A stretch of DNA of 64,000 nt, from positions 16,644,564 through 16,708,563 of the forward strand of contig NC_057749.1 of NCBI RefSeq assembly GCF_004010195.1. Direction: 5' to 3'. Source of the stretch: Chiloscyllium plagiosum (lineage: Eukaryota). Positions 25,801 through 40,800 of the stretch are shown here, piece after piece. Below the pieces are notes generated by a model that was not told the DNA's origin, ran no database searches, and worked only from the letters and a program-made list of their open reading frames with translations. Position numbers and translations under genes: made by a program. Positions within the stretch are counted from its first letter, which is position 1; each line of letters opens with the position of its first letter.

Positions 25801-28800
25801 ATACAAAATAGTACCTGAAAGCCAGCAAATAGGGCAAGTAGGAACCTGTTAGGAAATGGCCCTTCAACATATTTTCCATGAAGATACTGTGTTGATGCTG
25901 CTCCTTTAACAAAGTTAATCTGTCCTTGTTCTTTTTTCCCCCAGAGGAATAAAAGGTAGGGGTTCCAATATATCTGGAAATATCTACTTGAAAAACCTTT
26001 GTTTCTTTAAAAACATGTATAATAAAAGGAGTGGCCAATTCTCCCAGTTCAGGGTTTGTTTTTAGCAAGCTTTGTAGCTGCTGATTAAGTTTTAGTTGGA
26101 AACCCAGAGAAGCTGCAGTGGACCCAAAGAAGCAGTTCCAGGCTGACCCCTGCACCCCCACCCCCAATCCTCTGACATCTCTCCTGTAAGAACCAGTGTT
26201 TGATTTTACCTTTTTTTGCCAAGGGGGTGTTTATGGGGATGCTGCAAGTATTTGCAACAGCATCAAGAAGTTAGGATAGAGTCGAGTGGGTTTTCAGACA
26301 GGTTAGGTTATTCTAATTTTGGTTCTCTTTTGTTAGTGTTTCATTCAGTAGTCTGTAAATAAATTCTGATTTGTTTAAAACTGAGTGCTTGGACCAGCTG
26401 CATCACTCCTGGAATATCCACTGTACACATGCTTAAAACAACTGGAAAAGTTAGGGTCTGGGCTCCCTTCTTGGACTGTTTTGAAGGGATCTGGCCTGGT
26501 CCATAGCAATACACACTAACTGTTAAGCTACCTTTTCTCATCTAGATTCAGATCACACTTGTGTTGAAAATGATTAGCTTATTTAAGAGAGTGTAAGAAT
26601 CAACAAGTTTGTAAATATGAAGTTGTTGTAAATCAGACCTCAAAACAAAAAATGCTGTAACTACTCAGCAAGTCTGGCAGTGTCTGAAACTCTGCTGCTC
26701 TCTCCACAGATGCTACTTCCAGTAGTAGCAGTATTTAACTTGTGAAATGTTGGAAAATATTGTTCCTGTTAGAAAGCATGTTAGTGGGCTAGAGATAGGA
26801 GACCTATACCAGGCAAGAATTGGAGGTAATTGAAGAAATATAGTAAATCATTAGGTCATGAAATATACAAGATGCAGAAACAACATTTAAAACCAATCTG
26901 TATTTTGGAAGATATTATAGAATTGGGGAAAGAACATAGAAAAAAGGCATGAGAGCAGATAGGCCAGTATACTGCTGGAACTCTTTCTGGTAATACAAGT
27001 TTCTATGATTCACAGCAACCATTAGGGAAAAGGGTTTTAGTCTAAATACTTAAAGACAATTATGGAAACAAACCATAATTATTTGCACCAGAAGTATTTT
27101 CTAATTCCAGAACCCATTCTCCTGAGGGGTTTTCATCCCAGGAATGCGTGGTCATGAATGCCCAGTCAGTAAATCCCTCAGATGAGTAGTCATGCTCTCT
27201 GCAGTAGATAAAAACACAATTGTGAGTGACTACAAAGCCTTATGGCTCTTCCACACCAAAACACCAAGAAAAATTGATACCATTGTTTTCTTTCATTTCT
27301 ACCCTAACAGAATTAAAAGGATTGAAATGTACACTCATTTAATCAATTATGAAAATGTACAATGCAATGCTTAATATCCCTTCTCAACTTTATTACAGAT
27401 CATTCAATATCAGCACTTTACATAAAAACGGCAAGTCTATGGATTTATTTGGTCAGTGTTGGACAGGAATTTAAATTGTGATCTACTGAAACCCCACTCC
27501 AAAGTCACCACATTTAGGATAGTGCCCTGACCATTTCCTATCCATTGAAATAGACAGGATAGAAACAGAACACTGATTCTGATCCTGAATATAATGATAG
27601 TTAAAGCACAACATTCACAGAAATGAGTAAATTCACATTTATGCAAATTATTGCTCGTGAAGACGACTCAGGCTGCTCATATTGTGCAAGTTCAATTGTC
27701 GAGTCAGTTATTACACCCTCCAGTTTTGAACTCCCCCTATCATGTGCTCTATATACACTGACAAAACAGACCTAGACAAAAACTCTTAAATCACAAGGAT
27801 ACTATATATTTGATGATTTACCTTTGTTAAATGCTTTCACTAAAGATCAATCTCCAATAAACAGGATGACTCAGCTTGTTTTCAAAAGCACCTAGTATTT
27901 GCATTGCCTAATTGAATTAAATAATCAGTGCAATGATTGTTCACTTAGCTCTTTCTACAGAAAGAATTCCAATAAGTTACATTGGCAGGACTCCTTCAGA
28001 ATACTGTAGCGGCACAAACAACAATGATAACTGCTCATTTTCAAAATACCATTGTGCTTTGTTTACAAGCAAGTGACTTGCTGCATACAGAATTTAGCAA
28101 AATGGTTAGTGACAGCTTTAGAGAGTATCTCTAAATATTGTTTTAGGGAGTGCCAGACAGTGCATTGCTGTATCTAGTCAGTGTTGGTTGTCATTAAAGC
28201 CCTGATTGTGATCCTTGTCAGAAGGGATGAGCGAATGCTCCCTGGTGACTAGCTAAAAACTTTTGCTTTAATTGTTCATGCAATGTGGGTATCACTGGTG
28301 AAGTTAACCAAGATTGCCAAGAAAGCAGTTGAGAGTCAACCACATTATGGAGGATCTGGACTTACATAGACCAGGTAAGGATGGCGGACGTCCTTCCCTT
28401 AAGGACAACGGTGACAGTTTGGCTTTTAATCTGTCATTACATTAAGCTAACTTTTTATTCCAGAATTTTACTGAACAAGTTTCACCATCTGTCATCGTGA
28501 GACTTAACATAATATTACCCAGGATTCTGTATTACCAATCCAGTGATTTTACCACTAGGCCACCACCCTCAACTACAGATCTGCTGGTCATAAGTAGTCA
28601 ACCACTGATTGTGGATTAAGTTTCGAGTAATCTTTCTCAGCAATAAAATCACTCTTTCACTCCAATCTTCCATTGAGCTGTAGTTAATTACGTTTGCAGG
28701 TCAATTAGGTAATCGAGCCAGTCCTCAGTGAGTCACGATGGACTGAACTTTAAAATCCTCTTTGTCAGGTACTAATCAACAAAATGTTGACAAAAAAAAG

Positions 28801-31800
28801 ACACTTACACCAACAAAATTTACCCATTAAAGAATTACAAGCTAATTTCTATCACCCGCGGGTTATTTAATATTAGTAATTTTCGTGCATTCATTCTCTT
28901 GAGCTGCAGCAACATCATACCTTGGTGCCAACAGAGTTGACCTCGTCCCCATAGGACTGGTGAGAAATATAGCCAAGTCTCCACGCCGGTTATATGATAG
29001 TGTAATCCTTGCCTGCACATGCTCTAAGGAGTGGATAAAATTTGAACTTCCAAGGCATGCATCAACCCTTTTCCGAATCTCCAATCGGTTACCAATATCC
29101 CTGAAGAGATAAGTTGAACACCAGAACTGTAGAAATCCCTGAACTCTGAATTACATTAAGACAGTATCAGAATACCAATTCAAATAATCTATCAGCATGC
29201 AGAATTAAATTATAATGTGGGGTCACAGTTTTAGGATACAGGATAGCAGATTTAAAACAGATGACGATATAGTACTTCTCTTAAAAGGAGGTGAATCTGT
29301 GAAATGCACGAACCCAGATTGAGTAAAATTAAGGAAATAGATAGATTTTTAGTTAGTAATAGATTAAATGATTATGGAGTGCAGGCAGAAAGTGGAATTA
29401 AGGCCAAAAATGATATCAGTCATAACCGTATCAAATGGGAGAGCAAGTTTAAGGGGCTGAATAGACTACTCCTGCTCCTCATTCTTATGTGTTTGTTAAG
29501 TCAATTGGAAACAAGGGTCTCCTGGGATGAGAGATTTATTGCAGTGCAAGTTCCAAATTGAATCTTGTACTTTTCAGCTTAGCCTGGCAGGTAGAACTCC
29601 TGCCTTCAAACCAAGTTGTTTAGGTTGCAAGGTCCGCCCAAGGACTTGAGCAAAGAACCTCGGCTATCAATACAACAATCGCACATTTATCGGAGATGTC
29701 AGCCTTCAGATGAGCTGATAGATATTCCACCTGCCTATTCTTGTGGTTCAGTTAAACATTAAGGTCTCCAAATACACTTTGAAGAACAATACATGACCTA
29801 ATTCCCATCAACTTTTCTCAAGTACTGTAAGAAACAGATTAGTTTGACATACATGCATAGCCATGTGCAGCCAGGCTTAAGAAACTCACATACATGAATG
29901 TTTTGCAACATTTGAGAAATGTGCTGGGGGAATTCAAAAAAGGCTTTTCAGTTATTGCATTGAGTGCTCATCAGGATACAATATTTTTATTTTCGGCTCT
30001 GCAAGTAGGTATCAGTCATCAGTCTGCATGGTGAAATTATAGTTCACAGGATAGACGTGGAAGAGAAAATGCAAAGTACAAACACAAGTGGAAAGCACAT
30101 CAGAAAGTATACCGGCCAATAAGAATGTGCCCAAGCACTAAGTTTTGAGATTAAGAATTTTGCACAGCAAGGTTGTTGCAAACAAACAAAGACAAATAGC
30201 TGGAGAAACTCAGCAGGGATGGCAGCATCTGTGGAGAGAAACAGTTAACATTTTGGGCGCTCCTCCACTCCAAATAACTCAAAAATGTTAATTGTTTTTT
30301 CTCCATGGATGCTGCCAGACCTGAGTTTCTCCAGCAATTTCTGTTTGTTTCAGATCTCCAGCATCCGCAATTGTGTTTCATTTTAGGATGGTTTTATTTC
30401 ATTCACTCATGAGATGTGGACTTCGCTGGCCAGGCCAGTATTTATTGACTCTCCCGGGTTGCAGTGAACTGCTTTCCTGAACTGTTTCAGTGTGTTCAGT
30501 GGGTAGACCCACCTGGCAGGTAGACAGGGAATTTCAAGATTTTTACCCAGAGCTTAAAAATGTGTTGCTGGACGAGCGCAGGAGGTCAGGCAGTATCAAA
30601 GGAGAAGGAGAATCGACGTTTTGGGCATAAGCCCTTCTTCAGGACTTCTTCCTGACTTCTTCCTTCTTCCTGAAGAAGGGCTTATGCCCGAAACATCGAT
30701 TCTCCTTCTCCTTTGATACTGCCTGGCTAGGAGAAAGTGAGGACTGCAGATGCTGGAGATCAGAACTTAAAAATGTGTTGCTGGAAAAGCGCAGCAGGTC
30801 AGGCAGCATGAAAGGAGAAGGAGAATCAACGCTTCAGGCATAAGCCCTTCTTCAGGACCTCTTCCTGACTTCTTCCTTCTCCTTTCATGCTGCCTGACCT
30901 GCTGCGCTTTTCCAGCAACACATTTTTAAGTTCTGATCTCCAGCATCTGCAGTCCTCTCTTTCTCCTCGTTGACTTTAACCTACTGCGAATTCTCTTGCA
31001 AAGATTTTTACCCAGTGACAGTGAAAGAATGGCAATATATTTCCAAGTCAGGATTGTGAGTAGCTTGGAGAGGAACTTGCAGGTGATGGTGTTGCCATAT
31101 ATGTTTTGTCCTTGTCCTTTTAGATGGAAGTGGTTATGGATTTGAAAGGTGATGTTCTAGGATCTTTGGTGAATTTCTGCAATGTATCTTGTCAATAGTA
31201 CACACTGTTGCCACTGAGCTTCAGTAATGTAGGGAGTGGATGCGTGCGACTGTGGTGCCAATGTAATAGAGTCTTCAGCTCAAGGATAAATAGCATATAC
31301 AGATTATAGGTTTTTGATTAAGTCAGAATATTAGCATGTGTAAATTCTAAGAAAGTAATTGATAAAATATACAAGCACAAACATTTCCATGCAACATGAA
31401 GTTTCATAAATTCCCCAAATTTTTCTGAAACTCCCTGGCATGTGATTACTTTTGTTCAAACCACAACTAGACTGCAGAAGCTAACAGGCTCGAGGCAACC
31501 CTGATATCTGACAGTCAGCTCTTAAGAGAGTTTAAAGTTGAAGAATTTGCAGCAATATCAGATAAAGCTGAAGATTATCATCTCCATTATAATATAATGC
31601 AATTAACTTCACTCTCAAGTTACGCTGCATTGCTCGAGTTGTTTATTTTTTTTCTGTAGAACGTGGGCACTGCTGGCAAGACCCAGCAATTGTTGCCCAG
31701 TCCTAGTTGTTTGTGAACTGATTGCCCTTGAAATGGCTTACAAAGAGTCTACAAAGAGTCAACCACATTGCCGTGGATCTGAAATCGCATGTAAGTCAGG

Positions 31801-34800
31801 TCAGTAAGGACAACAGATTTCTTGCCCTAAAGGACAGATGGGTTTTTCCAAACTTGCTTGTGGTTACTTTGTCAACTTACGCTAGCTTTTATTTCCAATT
31901 TTTCAAACAATTTAAATTCAAATTTTATCACCTACCATACTAGACTTGAACCCATTCCAGAGGCTATGGAATACTGGTACGGTTACATTAGTGCTATGAC
32001 ACCATCTCTCCAGTCAGTACAAAATCAAAATGCATGTACCATATTCAGGCAAGTTGTTTCAAACACACACATCCTATTTCTAAATCCGCACAATAAACTC
32101 ATCATCACATTCCCATGACACTAAAATTGTCAAGGGATATACCTACATTATTGATTTCTTGTTTAATAGACATTATGCTGCAAATAATAGAACTTACTGT
32201 TTCACCTATCAAGATTTGAACAGGAGCTTACCATGATACAATGAAAATTGGATTAATACATTTTTAGTGAAAATGATACTGATTAGATTATGTTATCATA
32301 GACTGGATAACACGTCAGGCAGAACTCTACAGGGACAAAAATCCATCAAGGAGTTACTGTATATAACATTTCCATCTAGAAGTAGCACTGAGATTTTACC
32401 TCATAAATAACTTGACTTATGAAGTTATTTTGCTAATTTAAATATTAATACACTACTATTTTAAGACTGAACAATTTTAAATATGGCTGCATTTATGATA
32501 TCACACAAGAATCAGGTTGAGATAAGCTTAAGCCAGGGAACTATAGACCAGTGAGCCTGACCTCAGTGGTGGGCATGTTGTTGGAGGGAATCTTAAGGGA
32601 CAGGCTGTACATGTATTTGGAAAGGCAAGGACTGATTCGGGATAGTCAACATGGCTTTGTGCGTGGGAAATCATGTCTCACAAACTTGATTGAGTTTTTT
32701 GAAGAAGTAACAAAGAAGATTGATGAGGGCAGAGCNNNNNNNNNNNNNNNNNNNNNNNNNNNNNNNNNNNNNNNNNNNNNNNNNNNNNNNNNNNNNNNNN
32801 NNNNNNNNNNNNNNNNNNNNNNNNNNNNNNNNNNNNNNNNNNNNNNNNNNNNNNNNNNNNNNNNNNNNNNNNNNNNNNNNNNNNNNNNNNNNNNNNNNNN
32901 NNNNNNNNNNNNNNNNNNNNNNNNNNNNNNNNNNNNNNNNNNNNNNNNNNNNNNNNNNNNNNNNNNNNNNNNNNNNNNNNNNNNNNNNNNNNNNNNNNCT
33001 TAATGGTAAGGTCCTAGGGAGTGTTGCTGAACAAAGAGACCTTGGAGTGCAGGTTCATAGCTCCTTGAAAGTGGAGCAGCAGGTAAGATAGGATAGTGAA
33101 GGCGGCGTTTGGTATGCTTTCCTTTATTGGTCAGAGTATTGAGTACAGGAGTTGGGAGGTCAAGTTGCAGCTGTACAGGACATTGGTTAGGCCACTGTTG
33201 GAATATTGCGTGCAATTCTGGTCTCCTTCCTTTTGGAAGGATGTTGTGAAACTTGAAAGGGTTCAGAAAAGATTTACAAGGATGTTGCCAGGGTTGGAGG
33301 ATCTGAGCTACAGGGAGAGGGTGAGCAGGCTGGGGCTGTTTTCCCTGGAGCATCGGCGGCTGAGGGGTGACCTTATAGAGGTTTACAAAATTATGAGGGG
33401 CATGGATAGGATAAATAGGCAAAGTCCCCTGGGGTCGGGGAGCCCAGAACTAGAGGGCACAGATTTAAGGGCGAGAGGGGAAAGATATAAAAGGGACCTA
33501 AGGGGCAACTTTTCCACGCAGAGGATGGTATGTGTATGGAATGAGCTGCCAGAGGATGTGGTGGAGGCTGGTACAATTGCAACATTTAAGAGTCATTTGT
33601 ACGGGTATATGAATAGGAAGGGTTGGGAGGGATATGGGCGGGGTGCTGGCAGGTGGGACTAGATTGGGTTGGGATATCTTGCCGGCATGGACGGGTTGGA
33701 CCGAAGGGTCTGTTTCCATGCTGTACATCTCGATGACTCTAAGTGGAATAAAATGTAGGCTTTTAGGTGAAGTGGGCTGAGAGTCTGATAAATAATTGGA
33801 CTGGAGTGCACATGAATCATTCTATCACTATTTATACATTGTTTCCATTATAAACAGTCTGTTTAAACCGGTTACCTATAAATGAACTTAAAACAATCAA
33901 AGCTAGAAAACAAAAATTAGCAGGAATACTAGCCAATTACCCTTTCCAAATTGGAGACCTCAGATTAGATTAGATTCCCTACAGCATTGAGACATGCCCT
34001 TTGGCCCAACAAGTCCATATTGATCCTCTGAACAGTAACCCACTCAGACTCATTTCCCTCTGACTAATGCACCTAACACCACGGGCAATTTAGCATGGTC
34101 AATTCACCTGACCTGCACATCTTTGGACTGTGGGAGGAAATTGGAGCACCCGGTGGAAACCCATGTAGACACGGGGAGAATGTGCAAACTCCACACAAAC
34201 AGTTGCCAGAGACTGGAATTGAACCTGGGTCCCCGGGCGCTGAGGCAGTAGTGCTAACCACTGAGTCATTGTGCTGCCGTAATGTTTTGTTTCACCCCTG
34301 CTGCTGCCTGTCTAATATCAGACCACTTATCACACCTGAGTTTCGTGGTTTGCTTACTGTGGCTGAGTGCTTTAGAAGCAATGCCACTAAGCCTTTACAT
34401 TAATGCAACAAAGTGCAAGGATTATATTGAAATACTTTAGACAATAATATAAAATAAGCAATGTGAGGTAGTAAAACAGTAAAAATATTTTTGGGAAGTG
34501 TGTCTCAATAGACAATAACAAACTGGATATTAAAATAATTGCTTTGGTTTTCCTTTTCTTTAATCTTTCTGAATAAAGGTAATTTGGCAATAACACACAA
34601 TAATTGTATCAGATCAATTGCAAGGGTCTTCCATTTCATATAGGCAGTAGACAATTGTCCCTTCATCAGAAGCAGATTATTAGCCAAGTCTCTCTCTCTC
34701 TCTCACACAGCTCTCAAACATCAATCTTTAACTCTGCTATTAAGCTACTACCGACACTGCTGTGTAACTGACCTGTCAGATCCCCTATCACAAAAAAACT

Positions 34801-37800
34801 ATTCATTCCTTGACCTGATTAAGCACAAGTAGCAGTTAGTGAGATGCATGAAACTTAAATGAGATACCCAGTACTAAGATGTCGGGTAACAGTCAATTTC
34901 TTTTCATTTTTTTTCCGTGAAAAATCTTATCAGACAGCTTTTTATACTTTCAAATTTTGAAAATTCAAATACAACTTGATAAATGTTAATTTACACCAGG
35001 AAGCTTCAAAGCTATTTTAATGGTGGTGTTAAAACGGCAGCACAAGTTGAGTTAGCTTGTAACCAGACTTCACAGGGCATTGGTAACAGGACATGACCAG
35101 CTCACACAGCACAGGGCATGATTTCTATAAAGTACTACACTGGAGCTGTGAGCACTTCCAGGACTTATTTTAAGTGTGCCAACACTTCAACTTGCACTCT
35201 TATCAGCTGCAAGCTGCACTGCGTGCACACGGAGAGGTCTGAGAGATCAGGTTCAGTCAGACAATAAAAAGTAAAGTGCAGCCAACAATTAATCAGCAAC
35301 TTTTAACCTGGGGTCTGTTTTAAGACAGACAAAAATAAAAGCAAAATACTGCAGATGCTGGAAATCTAAAATAAAAACAAAGTGCTGGAAAATACTCTGC
35401 TATAAAGAGAAATAAAAGTTAATGTTTGAGTTCAGTTACGACTCCCCTTGGGAAGAACCATTATATTGATGTTAGTTAAGACAGAAGCTTCAATTTAAAA
35501 CGTTGATGGCTTGATTCAGTAGTTACATAGGCGTTAAATGGAATTGACCTCCCACATGGAAAGAGGGAAGATAATTGTGAATTGTGAGCTAACTGATCAA
35601 ATAGCCTTGTTACATAGCATGGATAAGAACTGGTGACCTCCTTGACCATGTTCAGGGAAGGGAGCACTATGGAATGACATGTTGTCTCTCGGTAATCAAT
35701 GGAACTGGAATCGTAAATTTTCTATTTTTTCTTTTCTGCAGACACCAGTGGCTGTTACCAAGTGAACCAGAATCATTTCCAACATTGGGAGAAGCTTCCT
35801 GTGGATTGTTTGAACATAGAACATAGAACATAGAAGAATACAGCGCAGTACAGGCCCTTTGGCCCTCGATGTTGCGCCGATCCAAGCCCACCTAACCATT
35901 TCCAACATTGGGAGAAGCTTCCTGTGGATTGTTTGGTTAAGATAAGCTGCAGATTTCTGCATGTCAAGCTGATCCATGATCCAACATGATGTAACAATTC
36001 AACTGGACCTGTCACTGGGACAGAAGAATTGATCTTCACATCACAGGTTCTGGGAGAGTAAGGTTTGGTTGCTATCTTGTGTTGCTATTGAATATCAGGT
36101 ATGAACAATGTACATGGCTGGGATGTCTTCCAAGATCCTGTAACTACTATTAAAGTTTCACAGATTGATGACAACTAACCAGAAGTACTGGAAAACACCA
36201 CCCTATACAAGACAAACCATACCCTGACCAGGAATCCATACCTTTAGGATGGGATTGGTGTGGAAAATAAAATTGATGCAAAGAGAAGGCAAAGAACCGT
36301 TCATGTAATTGCAGCCAGAATTTATTCACGAGCATCTTCCTTCACATACATTACAATCCACACTAACAGAAATTATAAAATAAATAGTAAATAACTAAGT
36401 AAAAGCTACAACAATTCTATGATTGCATGAATGACAAGTTATGATAAAACACCGCTTATTTTCAAGGAAATCAAGGTTAATGACCTCCAACACTTACTTT
36501 GGCTCAGACGTGATAACAATGACACATTTCCGTTGATCTCCAAGGCTTGTCCAGTTCTTAGCTAATGCAACCATTGCTCCAGCATCCAATAGCCCATATC
36601 CATAGGAGTGACTGACTGTATGAGAACAGGAAGTGTCACTAATACAGCTTGTAACAATATTCCTGTCCTTTTTTAAAGAAAATTGCTACATTTACAATAA
36701 AATTGCTTAATGCGTTTTTAAAATACTGCAAATGTACAATTCAGAATTTGCTTGTCCAGTCATCTGAAGTAGTGAAAATTCTCAACTGATCTCACCAAAA
36801 TTCTGAAATTGCATTGCCACCATCTCATAGATGGAAAGATGCCAGTCATTGAATGTACAGTACACATTGATGCGTGCAGAGAGGGGGAAGACAAAAGGGA
36901 CAAGGGATTCTATTGCAGGTGTGATACTGAATACAGAAGGCTGCTCAAGGACAGGATACGCATGATACTTTTATCCTACCTTTGAATTCCTAACTTACAT
37001 AGTCCAAAGAACAAATCTTTTCTCATCAACATTTTATTCAGATGCTGCTTCTTTTGCATTCTCTTGCTCAACAAAATTTGATAAGCCACATTTACAGATG
37101 ATCGAGCCTCGAAGAAAGGCTACACAAAACTAAATTCTACAGAAAACTTCATCAAAAAATATAGATCTGCCAGCTGAATAACAGAAGTGTTGGGAACTGT
37201 AAAAGTTGGAGTAGTTGTTATAGGGAAGTTAGGAAACCACAAGGATAATTTCAAATGGCTGTTTTTTTGGCTCATTCTTTAATTTCAAGATGAATCTCAC
37301 TGCGAGATTTAAGCATTAAATGAAACAGCTTACCCTTGCGGCCAACGCCATTGGTAATCCAATCATTTGTTGACAGATGGGAAGGTTTGGATGTCCGTAC
37401 CACAAGGTGCTGCATATCCCGCCATGTCAGATTTTTACTAGGTGGGGAAAATATAAGTGAACAAATGGATTTTCAGCATTATTTGAAAGGCATATAATTT
37501 TCAACAGAATGTTACTTTACCATACTTATGCATCCGATTAAAAAGTGATTTAAATTGCAAAGGATGGCAAAACCAAAGAAAATTAGTTTTTATTTAATTG
37601 AGTGCAACAAAATAGATTTTTAAGTTAAAATGCATTTTTGCCAATTATTCTTGTACAGTAATCATATTGGAAGAAATTTTAATTTAATTAAATAAGATTC
37701 TATAATTCACTTGGCAAATTTACTGAGCAATTCAAATCAAAACATACTGCTACATCGTGTCATACAGAATGGAACAGATTCTCTGTCCACACCAGACATC

Positions 37801-40800
37801 CCAATATGACCTAGTCCCATTTTCTAGCATTTTGCCCATATCCTTCTAAACCCCTCCTATTCATATACCCCATCCAGATGTCTTTTAAATATTGCAATTG
37901 TACCCACCTCCACCACTTCCTCAGACAGCTCATTCCATAAATGCACCACACTCTGCTTGAAATAAGTCCTTTTTAAATCTTGCTCCTCTCACCTTAACCC
38001 CACGCCCTCTAGTTTTGGACTCGCCCACTCTTGGAAAAAGACCTTGGTTATTCATCCTATTGATGCCACTCATGATTTGGCAAATATCTAACAGAGATGG
38101 AAATGTGTTGCTGGAAAAGCGCAGCAGGTCAGGCAGCATCCAGGGAACAGGAGAATCGACGTTTCGGGCATTAGCCCTTCTTCAGGAATATCTAACAGCC
38201 TCCAATACTTCAGGGAGAAAAGCCCCAATCTATTCAATCTCTCCCTATAACTCAAACCCTCCAGTCAGAGCAAAATCCTTGTAAATCTTTTCTGCACCCT
38301 CTATTCTTTAACAACATCCTTCCTACAGAAGGGCGGCCAGAACTATACACAGTATTCTGAAAGCGGCCAAATCAATGTCTTGTACAGCTGCAACATGACA
38401 TCCCAACTTCTATATGCAAATATCCTGATAATAAAGGATATTAAATCATGGAAAGAGTTTTCTACCTCTGGTTTGATTTCTAAGAATTTTAGGGTGGGGG
38501 GCAGTATCAAGAGGGTTCAGAGAAAATGTCAGGAATCGGATTCATGGCATGATGGGCATCCCAACATTTTTCGGAAGTCGGATACAAACAAGAATTGGCC
38601 TGAACTGATGCTTTCTTGGTCATAAAGCTTGTCAACACACTTAGGTTAGGCTGAAGTGCAGAATGATTAATTGAATGATATCAATAGAAGTACACCCCAG
38701 CAGAATTCAAGCATCTCTTGGGGAGATGGAAGAGAATTAAGGGAGAGGGTAATGGAATGAGACTAAAATCTGACCAACACAGCTCATATTTTAACAATCA
38801 AATCCTATGATGCAATTTTGACAAACAAATAGCTACAACTTTGTTGCTTTTTTTTTTCAAAAGTAGTTCAACTACCAGTTGGCACACAAATGTTACACGA
38901 GTAGCTACATGGTTGATCACATGATAATGCATACTTTGCTTCCAGTGCAAGGGCAATGATTCCAGCAGCAAGAGGAGCAGATGCAGAAGTTCCAGTATGT
39001 GATTCTGTACATTTCTGTCTGAGATCAGTGGTAACCTAAAGAGAAATAAAAGGAACAGATGTAATGAGGTTGCAGCCATTTCAACAAGGCAGTAAAACTG
39101 GCACCAAGAGCTGGAACATCAGAAAACACAGTCAATACAAAACAGGTTTATCCACATTAGCTCCAATAAAGGGTCACAATCTGAACCATTCAACAGTCTC
39201 TACTTGAGACCAGATGTTTTCTGATCTGATCACAAATGAGTGACGCAGCATTAACACCTGGTTTATAGTGTTTTAAATGTGCCAACATTCAAGTCTATCC
39301 AGATAATTCTAACAAAGGTAGTTTGTACTGAAGTCTGTCAGAAATTAGCTGGTATTAACGAACAATGCACAACAGGCCTACGCAGGATGGGGCATAGAGA
39401 GATCAAAGTTTTAAAAGCTGTGGAATTTGAATAGGAAAGCACCACTGTGATTTTGTCTCATTTAGAAGAAACTAGCGTTATAATGTGTACATGAGAATTA
39501 TGGAATAGATTACTAGTAAAGGTGGTGATAGAGAATCATGGCAGAGTTTTTTTAAAAAATCTGTTGGCCTGTTAAAAAGGTTCATTCGTGTCAGCTGCAG
39601 AATAATTAAAAAAAAACAAAATTAGAATGGATAGATCACAAACCTGAAAGACCTTTGCATAAAACATGACTGTGTGCAAACTTGTCCATAATTTACCCTT
39701 TCAAATGTAGCTGTTTCCATATTTGTATTTGCTTCTTTTTCTCATGTCCAACTGAGACAAACTAATGTAGGAGGAATTACCCAAACCTTCAGGCAAAAAC
39801 TCAAACCAAAACAGCTGGGCTTAAACATCAGTGCAAGCTTGTCTTCAGCTGTGCTTTCTAATCTTGCTTTCCCAGATTGTTATACATGCCCTTTAATATT
39901 TCTAAGAGAGAAGTAACCTCTTAAAAATCGTGACTGAATCAGATTAATAGTCACTAGGATAAAGTAAAACCTGAATGAGAATAATAATTCAGGCACTACT
40001 GTTGCTAGATATTTACCCAATTAAAGAGCTTTCAGTGCCACATTTTGAAATTGGGTGCAGATTATTCCAATATTGTTCTGTCAATAACAAAGCAGGCATA
40101 CAAAGATTAGGACTCTGGACAACAAAACTTTTATCATAACAGCTACTTACGATCTGTTTTTCAAATTGACCTCCACTACTATATGTAGTGGCAAGTGTTG
40201 AAGAGCATGCCTCGCTGTACCAAGGTACATTCCCATTCTGAGTTGTACTGCTGATTGAAAGGGTGTAGATACTATTTGTATATCCATCACAGTTACAGCT
40301 GTCATGTTCCCGGCCACCATTCCCAGAAGCCCACACAAATATTGAGCCAAGACGACCACGTCCCTGCAAATATGTTTTTCAAAACAAGTTAGCATGCTCA
40401 CCTTGTGAAGCCACTGAACAAACCATTATTGCATAATTGTATTACAAAATGGTCTCTGCTCACAATTATAAATCTGCATTTTACCCAAGCCCCTTGCATA
40501 ATAAGAGACAGAGACACAGGTATTTTGGCCGAATAAGCTTATGAAGAAATGAATATTCAATTCTGCACTTATCTTGAACATACAGGCATTATTTACTTTA
40601 CCTGCGAAATGCCTTTAAAAAACGCTGCCTGTGCTAATTTAGCAGGACCATCCACTGTCTTTCCATCATCCTCTGGACCCCAACTAGCACTGTAGATGTC
40701 AATATGTTGAGGGTACATACTAAGGGACTGAGCTTCCACAGCATCAGTCACCTCTCCATCTAGCATCCGCACACCTATAGAAACCAAGAAAATGTACAAC

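Noticed and set aside
25699..26167. 200-aa ORF 25565..26167
   Set aside because: Only 25573-25698 is exon; the rest is intron or LTR-like sequence with no protein features.
30551..31000. Repeat cluster as CRISPR array or DNA-transposon MITE
   Set aside because: No spacers or cas genes; arms are PLE tail sequence with variable ends and long variable TSDs, unlike terminal inverted repeats.
32736..32998. ORFs running through N runs (also 4846-4873 and 57502-57724)
   Set aside because: Assembly gaps; the X-filled ORFs are artefacts.
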